DNA of 64,000 nucleotides from Candidatus Bathyarchaeota archaeon (GTDB lineage Archaea; Thermoproteota; Bathyarchaeia; Bathyarchaeales; Bathycorpusculaceae): NCBI GenBank assembly GCA_963815095.1, contig CAWFFH010000007.1, positions 1 to 64,000 of the forward strand, read 5' to 3'. Shown piece by piece: positions 53,566 to 62,263 of this stretch (position 1 is its first letter; each line of letters starts with the position of its first letter). The notes under the pieces were generated by a model. It saw only the letters and a program-made list of their open reading frames with translations, ran no database searches and was not told where the DNA came from. The position numbers and the translations under genes were made by a program.

Positions 53566-53717
53566 CGGAAACTAACTTATATCAAAAAATAAACAAACTA
53601 TTAACCTTTTCACACGCAAAATAAGCCAGCTATATCGTGATACCTTTTAATTATGTTACCAATATGGGATTTAGGTTCATTCGATAAGTACTAATACTTC
53701 AGCTCCATTGAAACATA

Positions 53718-54362
53718 TTGGCGAATTTTATGGTTTTTTTCTTAAACGATTATCTTGTTGCCAATGGAATAAGCCTAAGAAAACGAGTTTCCGACCTTTT
53801 TGATGAATTAGAAAAGAACAATGAATTAGCCCAAGTTTTCATACAAAACCCAACGCTTGTTTTGCAATCCAAAGTTTTGCCTGAATTCCAAGTGCTCGAA
53901 GAAAACTCAATTAACGCCGCAAATCAACTTTTGTTCTCTGTTTTAAGTAACGACAAATTCATGAAGTGGACCCAAGACTACGGGACAAAACTGATTGATC
54001 GATATAACAAAACAGGAAAGGTTCCTGACAAAAAGAAAATACTGCGAGATTTCGCAAAAGGAATTATCGAATATGGGGACCCAGAATTGCTCAGTGACAT
54101 TCTTGAAATGCCCCAAGAACTAATTGAATCGTCCTCAGGGCTCGTTGATCGCTGGTGGTTTTACTATCATATTATTGCGTTCATTGAATTCTTCTACATT
54201 TTCGTATACGACTATATCATTGTTGGTCCAGACAGAATCAGCCTGCTGGATGAAAACCAAAAAATTGTAACGATTTCACCTAAAGAACTCAAATCTTTGG
54301 CTGAACAAATGATTAAATATTCAAAGAAAATGAAAGAAGATAATAATTTGGATAATCATTAA
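53718..54362 (+). CDS. Putative RiPP precursor A (leader, aromatic core, follower)
   Basis: Paralogue of 54381-55055 except in the core (about 54147-54227: RWWFYYHIIAFIEFFYIFVYDYIIVG). Confidence 0.6.
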   Translation: MANFMVFFLNDYLVANGISLRKRVSDLFDELEKNNELAQVFIQNPTLVLQSKVLPEFQVLEENSINAANQLLFSVLSNDKFMKWTQDYGTKLIDRYNKTGKVPDKKKILRDFAKGIIEYGDPELLSDILEMPQELIESSSGLVDRWWFYYHIIAFIEFFYIFVYDYIIVGPDRISLLDENQKIVTISPKELKSLAEQMIKYSKKMKEDNNLDNH

Positions 54363-54380
54363 CTAAATGGACGAATTTTC

Positions 54381-55055
54381 ATGGGCTTTTATTTGAATGA
54401 TTTCCTCACAACTAATGGCATAAACCTCAGAAAACGCGTATCTGATCTATTCGACGAGTTAGAGAAAAACCCTGAATTAGCTACGGCCTTCATTCGCAAC
54501 CCGATAGTTGTTTTGCAAACAAAAATTTTCCCAGAATTCCCAAAGTACGATGTAAATCGAACAAATGAAGCAAACCAATTTCTCTTTTCAGTGTTATCTA
54601 ACGATAAATTCATGCAGTGGCTACAAAAATACCAAAAACAAACAATCATTCATTACAACAATTCCGGAAAACTACCAACTAAACAAAAAGTACTGCAAGA
54701 ATTCGCAAAAGCCTTAATCGAAAATGGCGACCCAAAAATACTGGGCGACCTACTGGACACTTCTCCAAAAACCATGGAACAATTAAACTCTTCTAAAATG
54801 ATAGAAATGGATTTTGTAGTCAGCAACAAGAATTTCGCCATATGGGAATATCTCTTTTTGATTCGAATCTCGCTTTTTGTCTACAACTACGATTACTTTA
54901 CTTACCAAGCAGCTGGGATAGGCAAAATAGACATAATTGATGAACAACACAAAATTGTCACAGTTTCTTCGAAAGAACTTCGGTCCCTATCAGATCAAAT
55001 AGTAAAATATGCCAAGCAAAAGCGAGAACAAACAGAAGAGAAAAAACTTGAATAA
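54381..55055 (+). CDS. Putative RiPP precursor B
   Basis: Same leader and follower; core about 54807-54917: FVVSNKNFAIWEYLFLIRISLFVYNYDYFTY. Confidence 0.6.
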   Translation: MGFYLNDFLTTNGINLRKRVSDLFDELEKNPELATAFIRNPIVVLQTKIFPEFPKYDVNRTNEANQFLFSVLSNDKFMQWLQKYQKQTIIHYNNSGKLPTKQKVLQEFAKALIENGDPKILGDLLDTSPKTMEQLNSSKMIEMDFVVSNKNFAIWEYLFLIRISLFVYNYDYFTYQAAGIGKIDIIDEQHKIVTVSSKELRSLSDQIVKYAKQKREQTEEKKLE

Positions 55056-56145
55056 AACACAAACCACACAAAACATAGCTACAACCCCTGTCAAAGGTGT
55101 GTTTCGCGGCCCAAGAACACTCTCAATTATGCCAACCTTTAGATGCGTAGCAAACTGCACATCATGCGGCACCCTTAGCAACCCAAACGACAAAACCAAA
55201 CTCACACTTCCAACCATCAAAAAATGCATCATACAAGCAAAACGCAGCAACTTTGCAAACATCGTTTTTACAGGCGGAGAAGCCACACTATGCTGGAAAA
55301 ACCTGCTAAAAGCCATTAAAGAAACAAAAAAACAGGGAATGGTGACTCGACTAGTAACCAACGCTCACTGGGCAAAAACCCCCAAAAAAACACTACGAAC
55401 CATTAAAACCCTAAAAGAAGCAGGATTAGACGAAATAAATTTTAGCACAGGCGACGAACACGCAAAATTTGTTCCCATACAAAATGTAATTAACGCTATT
55501 TCAGCATCAATTTTCCATCACCTAAAACCAGCAGTCATGGTTGAAGATAGAAACGGAAGAACAATCACAAAAAACAAAATTCTTCGCAACCCAGAAATAA
55601 AAAAAATACTTTCAAAGGACAAAAACAATTTGACCTTTATGGAAAGCCCCTGGATGCCGCTTGATCCATTCAAAATTGAACAATACCAAAAAACCGCCAT
55701 AGCAAACAAACAAAATCTAGATTCATTTACGAGTTGCGACACTGTTTTGCAATCTCTCACAATTTTGTCAGATGGAAATATTTCAACATGCTGCGGATTT
55801 GGAGCCAGGTTAATACCTGAACTTTTAGTCTCAAATGTGCACAAACCAAATTTCGTCGCGGAAGCGATTGAGAATACGGAAAATGACTTTATGAAAATCT
55901 GGCTTCACTATGAGGGACCGATTAAAATTTTGGCTTGGGCGGCAGAAAAAAACCCCGCTATAAAATGGGAAAATATGTATGCTCACTGCTGCCAAGCCTG
56001 CCTAAGAATCTACAAAGATCCAACGGTTATGCAAACCATTAAGGAGAATTATAAAGAAAAAATTGGCTCAGTCTTGAGCAGTGCTTGGATGGAGGAAGTC
56101 TTCATTCCAACGCGCTTCCAAAAACAAAGCATCCCAGCAAACTGA
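55009..56145 (+). CDS. Radical SAM enzyme, YydG/EpeE peptide-epimerase-like
   Basis: CVANCTSC, FTGGEA, VTNAHW, STGDEHAKFVP, DGNISTCC, LHYEG and CCQAC. Likely start is TTG at 55048. Confidence 0.85.
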   Translation: MPSKSENKQKRKNLNKTQTTQNIATTPVKGVFRGPRTLSIMPTFRCVANCTSCGTLSNPNDKTKLTLPTIKKCIIQAKRSNFANIVFTGGEATLCWKNLLKAIKETKKQGMVTRLVTNAHWAKTPKKTLRTIKTLKEAGLDEINFSTGDEHAKFVPIQNVINAISASIFHHLKPAVMVEDRNGRTITKNKILRNPEIKKILSKDKNNLTFMESPWMPLDPFKIEQYQKTAIANKQNLDSFTSCDTVLQSLTILSDGNISTCCGFGARLIPELLVSNVHKPNFVAEAIENTENDFMKIWLHYEGPIKILAWAAEKNPAIKWENMYAHCCQACLRIYKDPTVMQTIKENYKEKIGSVLSSAWMEEVFIPTRFQKQSIPAN

Positions 56146-56281
56146 CTCTGACGGTGGCGAGTAAAGTCGCTTACTTGATTAATCAGGCTGTTAGGCCTGA
56201 GAATATTTTGGCGTTAACGTTTAACCAGAAAACAGCTGAAGACCCGAAGGAAAAAGTTATTGTGCTGCTGGGGAATTTCAG
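56146..56281 (+). pseudogene. UvrD/PcrA N-terminal remnant
   Basis: KVAYLINQAVRPENILALTFNQKTAE (motif Ia). Confidence 0.7.
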
Positions 56282-56358
56282 TTAAGGCATGAAATTTTTG
56301 GGAATATGGTTTATAAAAATTTGATATCAACGAATACATCTGTTACGGATTTGCTTAG
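56277..56358 (-). repeat. Nuclease 3'-end repeat, copy 7
   Basis: TTCAGTTAAGGCATGAAATTTTTGGGAATA...TTTGATATCAACGAATACATCTGTTACGGATTTGCTTAG. Confidence 0.85.
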
Positions 56359-56400
56359 GCAGGGTCTGAAAATATCTTTAGTTAATCAAAATACTGATTG

Positions 56401-56508
56401 TTATTTCTTCTTGGCTTTGCCGTGTCCATTATTGAGAGCTCTGAGTATCTTATCATCGCTCTTAATGATTCGCAAAGCAATTTCCATCGGGTCTTTACAA
56501 TTCGCCAT
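56401..56508 (-). CDS. 35-aa antitoxin-like microprotein following a possible toxin 3' stub
   Basis: MANCKDPMEIALRIIKSDDKILRAL; upstream stub YTIEEIEDWLENGEL*. Confidence 0.3.
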   Translation of the reverse strand: MANCKDPMEIALRIIKSDDKILRALNNGHGKAKKK

Positions 56509-56724
56509 TTTCTAACCAATCCTCTATTTCTTCAATGGTATATCTGCGATGTCTTTTATACGTAACTCTTCTAATTATTGTAAGTAATTAGTTTTTTCTA
56601 AAAGTCAAACCTTCAACCGTCTATATTTCTAAATAAAGAAAAAGTATCAAAATACTTTCAGCATCTCATTTTCTCGCAACGTTCTAAAACCAGAAGAGCA
56701 GATCCTTAATAATTTGGGATTTCA

Positions 56725-57717
56725 TCATTCAAATAAGTGAAGATAGTTCCAGAATTGCCTTACTCTAATAAAAAAGCTATCCTTAGAGACAAAATCGCTT
56801 AGTCTAAAGTAATCCATGGTGTTTGGATAGGACTTATCAAGTGTTCTCGCATTCTGTTCGACAAACAGTATTGTCTCAATTGCCTTGTTTTTGCTTGCTA
56901 TTAGTTGTTGTTTCTGTTCCTCTGGCAGTTCGGCATAGGCTAAAAAGCTCTCTACTGAGCGAATAAAACAGAGTGCGTGTAGGCTTTCTGTCGTAATTAT
57001 TGCGAGGCTATGTTTGGCTGGTTTTGTTGCCTTAATTTCGGCAAACAATCGGCTTAATTGGGATTTCGAGCTTGGACCATAATGGTTAGATTTAAATTGA
57101 ATCCATTTTTCTACATCAAAAAACAGCAAAAGCTTGTTGATGTAATAATTGTCATAATAGCTATCCAGTTGCTCAGGAATCTTAGATGAGAAGTGGGAAA
57201 TAACATGTTTATTATAATCGTTGCAGAAACTGAGAAATTGGTTGCTTTGGGTAAAATCGGCTGCGGCATAATCTAACAGATGGCAAAACTCTTCTAAGAT
57301 GATAAACTCGCAATTCTCCATTGTTTTATTCATTAGGCCATCTGTGTTAATTGCTATTGCGGCTCTGTTTGGTTTGGAGGCGTATGCATAGGCTTGAAGG
57401 GGTAGTTTGTTTTCGAAGTTTCCACCGATTGCAAGTGTGATTTGTTTTTGAAAAAGCTCAAGCAAGGAATTATTAGCGACAAATATGACTCTTAGAGTTT
57501 GGTAATCTTTAGCAACTTGTGTTTTTGTAATCAATTTGTCGCAAATTGTTTTGTATTGGCTAACATCATTTTTTGTAATCGTAAAGTACAGAGTTTCCAT
57601 CATATCACCTGCTTGAGTTATAGATCGATAAGTGTTGTGATAGTTATCATCTGGATTTATAAGGTCTTTGACCTCAACAAGCACAGAATAACGCTTGTGA
57701 GCAAATCGAAATGTCAC
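56725..57717 (-). CDS. Hypothetical protein with zincin-like EExxH motif
   Basis: 330-aa ORF; AYAY...IAIN...FIILEEFCHLLD. Confidence 0.55.
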   Translation of the reverse strand: MTFRFAHKRYSVLVEVKDLINPDDNYHNTYRSITQAGDMMETLYFTITKNDVSQYKTICDKLITKTQVAKDYQTLRVIFVANNSLLELFQKQITLAIGGNFENKLPLQAYAYASKPNRAAIAINTDGLMNKTMENCEFIILEEFCHLLDYAAADFTQSNQFLSFCNDYNKHVISHFSSKIPEQLDSYYDNYYINKLLLFFDVEKWIQFKSNHYGPSSKSQLSRLFAEIKATKPAKHSLAIITTESLHALCFIRSVESFLAYAELPEEQKQQLIASKNKAIETILFVEQNARTLDKSYPNTMDYFRLSDFVSKDSFFIRVRQFWNYLHLFE

Positions 57718-57802
57718 TACTCAAAGAAGTTGCTGTTGCTTCTGCTGCAACGCAATTTGCACATCGACAGTTGCATCTATCAAAACTAAAACCCAAATTA
57801 TG
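57713..57802. repeat. ~95-bp GCA/TGC-rich element, copy 2
   Basis: Matches 44571-44665. Confidence 0.7.
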
Positions 57803-57815
57803 GTATTTGGTCTTC

Positions 57816-59258
57816 TTATGCCAACTCACGAGTTAACCTGTAAACTTCAAACAGAGGCTCATAGATGATGCCTTCGTTTAGGCAATCTTTAATGAGCTGC
57901 TCAGTTTCTTGCGGTTTAGTTTTCGCCTCTCTAACAATATCTGACTTTTTCGCGCCGGGTTCTCTGGTTGAGTGGTATTTTCGGATTATTCTGATGATAT
58001 CGCGGTATTTCACATTTAATGCTGCCAAGTTTTCTTTACCTGAAATTGGATTGGCGAGTAAATCTGCCCATACATCGTAAACGTATTCAAAATTCCACTT
58101 AAAGAACTCATCAAAGACCTTAGACACCACGGCTGGATTAGCAATGGAGATGTCGTTGGCTCTTGCATAGGCTAAACACTCTCGAAACACAGATGAGGGT
58201 CTGGAATTGTAGCTGGCATTTAGAAAACCGTGTTTAGTTAAATGCGCTGGATCCAACCCATAACTATCAACTAATTTTTCCAGCTCATTTACAATTTTTG
58301 CTTCTGAAGTTGGCATATCTTCGATAATTGGAGCTTTCATGTGGCTAATTATCATGAATTTGAGGGCATCAAACTGATCGATTACGGATCTTGAACAGCT
58401 AATTGAGGTATCCTCGGGGATTACGGTTGGTACATCGCTTAGGCTGCACGGGGGATCCTCAATCGAGGCAGGTTTATCATGTTTGCTATACATTGACATC
58501 GAAATTTCCAAATCCAGCCCAGTTGAGGCTGAACTTTTGTGGGCAAGCAAATTTTCTGTCACTTTTGTCAGCGGTTCGTCTGCATCTTCACAGATAAAAC
58601 CGTACTTGTATCTCATGGCAAATTTTCCAAACCTGGTTTCTACTTTTTGGATTCTGCCCATGTCTTGAGGTATGACCTTTCTTATCTCCCTAACGACCTT
58701 CAAGGGGAGCCCTAATTTGGTAGAATCATACAAAGTAAGATTTATTCCACCGATATTTTCAAGGAATGCTGGTGAGCTAATTGCAGAGAACGCCAAGAAA
58801 TCTCGTATTTGAGGTTCCAACGACTCTACTCTATTAGTTAAGCCCAACTTGAAATCCCGATAACTAAAATTTAGTTTTAGTACATCAAAACCAGGTTTAG
58901 CGCCAATCCAATCATACACCTCTAAAACCAAATCGCCACTAAAACGCCTCGAAGTCTCCGATATTGGCTGAATTCTTTCAAATTTAGCAAGCCCCGATAC
59001 CGTAATGAACTCATTTTCAGCAGGGTTCAATTCGGTATAATTTATGCAAACAACATAGGTTTGATTAGAAAAAAGCGTGGGCACTATCGCAAAAATGTTA
59101 TTTCCAATCCATTTAACATAACCGCTAACTGAGGCTTTCTCGTTGGCCTTTACGCTTGCGTATTCCTTAATTTTTTCAGCTTCAAAAGGCAACCACAAGG
59201 CTCCCGATTCACGTTGCCAAAGGTTCAAATTGAAATACTTAGAGGACGATTTCGACAT
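57816..59258 (-). CDS. Hypothetical protein resembling a degenerate MCM-like helicase
   Basis: OB-like N-terminus, IGGINLTL, RPSSVFRECLAYAR and C-terminal wHTH LNEGIIYEP...YRL. No intact Walker A. Confidence 0.5.
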   Translation of the reverse strand: MSKSSSKYFNLNLWQRESGALWLPFEAEKIKEYASVKANEKASVSGYVKWIGNNIFAIVPTLFSNQTYVVCINYTELNPAENEFITVSGLAKFERIQPISETSRRFSGDLVLEVYDWIGAKPGFDVLKLNFSYRDFKLGLTNRVESLEPQIRDFLAFSAISSPAFLENIGGINLTLYDSTKLGLPLKVVREIRKVIPQDMGRIQKVETRFGKFAMRYKYGFICEDADEPLTKVTENLLAHKSSASTGLDLEISMSMYSKHDKPASIEDPPCSLSDVPTVIPEDTSISCSRSVIDQFDALKFMIISHMKAPIIEDMPTSEAKIVNELEKLVDSYGLDPAHLTKHGFLNASYNSRPSSVFRECLAYARANDISIANPAVVSKVFDEFFKWNFEYVYDVWADLLANPISGKENLAALNVKYRDIIRIIRKYHSTREPGAKKSDIVREAKTKPQETEQLIKDCLNEGIIYEPLFEVYRLTRELA

Positions 59259-59396
59259 TGGATAATTATCACAGAATTGACTTAAAATACATATGCGAAA
59301 ACTTGAAGATTTTTAGCAAATTAAACCCGAGCAACCCAAAAAACAAAATGCATTCAATAATTAAGCTCTAAGCTCACACCCAAAAATAATGCGCTG

Positions 59397-60824
59397 TCAA
59401 GACATTGGTAACTCTATAATGAATTTTGTTCCCCTGCCAACCTGGCTCTCAAAACTAATAGTTCCATTCAAAGCTTCAATTAACCGCTTAGAAACTGCTA
59501 ATCCAAACCCTTGGCCCTTAGCTTTTGTAGTCATCATTGGAGTAAACAGTTTAGATTTTACTTCATCAGGTATGCCAATACCGGTGTCGATAACAGTTAT
59601 AACAATTTTGTTGTCTTTTATTTGACCATTTATTTTTAAACTGCCTCCATTAGGCATTGCCTGAATGGCATTAGTAACGAGATTTGTTAGCGCTCGTTGA
59701 AGTATCATATGGTCTGTTCGAACCCGTTCAACAGCTTTAACGTTAAGTGAAAGCTTGATGGTGTCTGGGAGTTCTAATATATTAAAAATATTTGAAACGA
59801 TTGCTGATAAGTTCGTTTCTGCGATTTCAGGAATTATGGTTCTAGAATAATCCTGCAGATCTTGCACTATCTTATTGATGTAGGCAACGTTTTTCTCAAT
59901 GCTGTCAATGCTTTCAGCGATGCCGTCTTTGTTTTTGCATTCAGGCAAACCAGTTAACTCATCTCTAAGCAAATAGGTATCGCTTAATACTGCCTGCAAT
60001 GGATTTCGTATATCATGACCAACCATCCCAGCTGTTGCACCGATAGCGGACAATCGCTTTCTCTCTTCCTCATCAGTCTTGTCTTCAACAATTACAATTA
60101 TACCTAAATCTGACGGATAAGTTGAAATCTCAAACACAGAAGGCCGCTTAGTCTCCCTACTGAAGGTATTCATCATAAAACGTGCCGATTTTTTCTGCTT
60201 CAAAGATTCAAAGTACGGCGTAACATCAATAGTCAACATTTCAGGCAAAACGTCATAAATTTTTTTACCCAAAGCAACCTTTGCCGGCACAGTAGTAACT
60301 CTCTCAGCTGCCTTATTCCAATGAATTACATTAAACTCCCAATCAGTAGCTATGAAGGCTTCATCAAAACTCTCATACAACTCACGGTACTTTTGCTCAC
60401 TTATCTTGAGTGTTTCTTTAGTTTTCTTGCGTTCAGTTACGTCTTTAATCAATACTGCTACTCGATCTGGAGGTAGAGGTATGAATTGGGTTTCGTAGAA
60501 GGTATCAACGATGGGGTTGTAGTATTGGTATCTTAATGTTTTGTTTGTGTTGATTGCTTTAATCGCATAATCAAACCAGCGTTGTTCTGCAGCTGGAGCG
60601 ACTTCTTTTTTTCGCTTACCTATTATGTTAGCTGCTTTTAGGCCTGTTTGCCGCTCGTAAGCAGGATTAACTTCAACAAATACAAAATCAACAACTCTGC
60701 CTTGACTGTTACGGACTAATTCTAAAAGTTCAAAACCATCATCAAGCATACTGATAAATTTAGAAAGACTCTCCAGTTTCTTATCTAAAAAAGCATCATC
60801 GGAATTGCTGCAAGAAAAAGACAT
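59397..60824 (-). CDS. PAS-PAS sensor histidine kinase
   Basis: EVNPAYE.QTGL, HWNKAAE, GHDIRNPLQA, NLVTNAIQAMPNGG, DTGIGIP and GQGFGL. Confidence 0.93.
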   Translation of the reverse strand: MSFSCSNSDDAFLDKKLESLSKFISMLDDGFELLELVRNSQGRVVDFVFVEVNPAYERQTGLKAANIIGKRKKEVAPAAEQRWFDYAIKAINTNKTLRYQYYNPIVDTFYETQFIPLPPDRVAVLIKDVTERKKTKETLKISEQKYRELYESFDEAFIATDWEFNVIHWNKAAERVTTVPAKVALGKKIYDVLPEMLTIDVTPYFESLKQKKSARFMMNTFSRETKRPSVFEISTYPSDLGIIVIVEDKTDEEERKRLSAIGATAGMVGHDIRNPLQAVLSDTYLLRDELTGLPECKNKDGIAESIDSIEKNVAYINKIVQDLQDYSRTIIPEIAETNLSAIVSNIFNILELPDTIKLSLNVKAVERVRTDHMILQRALTNLVTNAIQAMPNGGSLKINGQIKDNKIVITVIDTGIGIPDEVKSKLFTPMMTTKAKGQGFGLAVSKRLIEALNGTISFESQVGRGTKFIIELPMS

Positions 60825-60908
60825 ATTCTCTACGGAAAACTAAAGTGTCAAGTAAATAATATAGCATTTGGTAAAGCTTAAGCGTTAATATTTTACTATG
60901 GTGTAATT

Positions 60909-61994
60909 ATGGTTTCAAATGCTGTCTGGTTCACTGTTAAAGAAAAGAAGTGGAAGGTTAGCTACTTTGGCGAGTTTTCTTGGACAAGAGAGGATCAGTT
61001 TTGGGACTCAGATAATTGTATAATTAGTTTTGCTAGAACACTTGATAATAAATGCTTGATTGTTGTTCGAAGCAACCAAACAAAACGCAGCAGGTTCATG
61101 GAAAAAGAAGTTGTGCTTCGGTACATGTTGGGTTTTGAGATTTCGGGTAACCCTTCTGAACCTAAAGCCGAGATGTACATTGCAAGGAATAATTTTCCAG
61201 ACAAAAGAGAAGGCCCGAAGAATCGGTGGGTTTTGCAGCTGGATGATAAACATTGGATTTGGGAGTGGGCACAGGAAGGAGGAGACATTGCCAATTCGAC
61301 AATCTACAAAATCTACAATGAGATAGTCAACGAGATAGAGCATCCTTCGATAATGGGAGATAATATCCTCAAGGCGCAAATTGAAGTGGAGGACGATAGA
61401 GTGATTCCAGTTTTATATCAGCCGAGCGTTGATGCCTTGAAGAACTTTGTTCGAGAAGTTCACTGCGCAAAGGGACCCGCCAACCCGGACGGTTCTTACG
61501 AAATGGAGGTCTCAATTCTCTTTAATAACGAGCGACTACGCCAGCATGGCATCTGGAATTCAATCTACGAGTTTATCCGACGGTTGAAGTATGGTAGGTT
61601 GATGGATCTGGAGTCATTTAAGATTCATATGGGTAAGGATCAAGATAGTGATCGATTCTTTTTCGCAGGGATATACAGTAACAAAGAGGAATTGAATGCT
61701 GATTCTATTCATGGCGACAAAATCCCTCCGCCTGCGCCGGAACATCGAATCAAATACTATTTCTTAAATCGCAACCATCCCGTTGTTTTCATAAACACAT
61801 CAAATCACGCTATGGCAGAGCGTGACACAAACGATAGAATATGGAAATGGGAGTATATCCCATGGTTAAATGATGCACCAATAAAGCTAGGCTCGAAAAC
61901 GAGAACAGAAATAGAACAAAGTCTCAGGGTCCGCACAAATTCTGGTAGCCCACCTATTGATCGAGTAACTTCGTCAGTACTGCCAAAAAAATAA
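60909..61994 (+). CDS. Hypothetical protein
   Basis: 361-aa ORF; YGRLMDLESF, IHGD and VFINTSNHAM look like conserved motifs, but the family is not recognised. Confidence 0.65.
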   Translation: MVSNAVWFTVKEKKWKVSYFGEFSWTREDQFWDSDNCIISFARTLDNKCLIVVRSNQTKRSRFMEKEVVLRYMLGFEISGNPSEPKAEMYIARNNFPDKREGPKNRWVLQLDDKHWIWEWAQEGGDIANSTIYKIYNEIVNEIEHPSIMGDNILKAQIEVEDDRVIPVLYQPSVDALKNFVREVHCAKGPANPDGSYEMEVSILFNNERLRQHGIWNSIYEFIRRLKYGRLMDLESFKIHMGKDQDSDRFFFAGIYSNKEELNADSIHGDKIPPPAPEHRIKYYFLNRNHPVVFINTSNHAMAERDTNDRIWKWEYIPWLNDAPIKLGSKTRTEIEQSLRVRTNSGSPPIDRVTSSVLPKK

Positions 61995-62263
61995 GACACA
62001 ATTTTTCTAAAAACTACTGAAAAACCTTTCGGTCGCTATCCTCAATTGCCCCAGCTCATTTCTTGTCTTTACGATAAATTACTTAGATCTTGTTGCTTAT
62101 TTGGTGTGACAACATTAGTTTATTAATGGTATGCTGACTTGAGTAATCAGACAGAACTCTTTTGAAAAGAGGTATATGTTATGATTGATTTTTCAGATAG
62201 GAAATTAATTGATTTTTCCCGAAATATCGATTCAGAAAATTGGCTGAGAAGGAGTTGTTGCTT

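Noticed and set aside
21981-56358. Dispersed repeat as a CRISPR array or integron attC sites
   Set aside because: Copies are kilobases apart with no spacer periodicity, lack attC-type R/L box hairpins that I could identify, and translate as the tail of a protein-coding gene.
56725-57717. EExxH protein as the protease of the RiPP cluster
   Set aside because: It is convergent, separated by helicase and nuclease relics marking a module boundary, and lacks a canonical HExxH.
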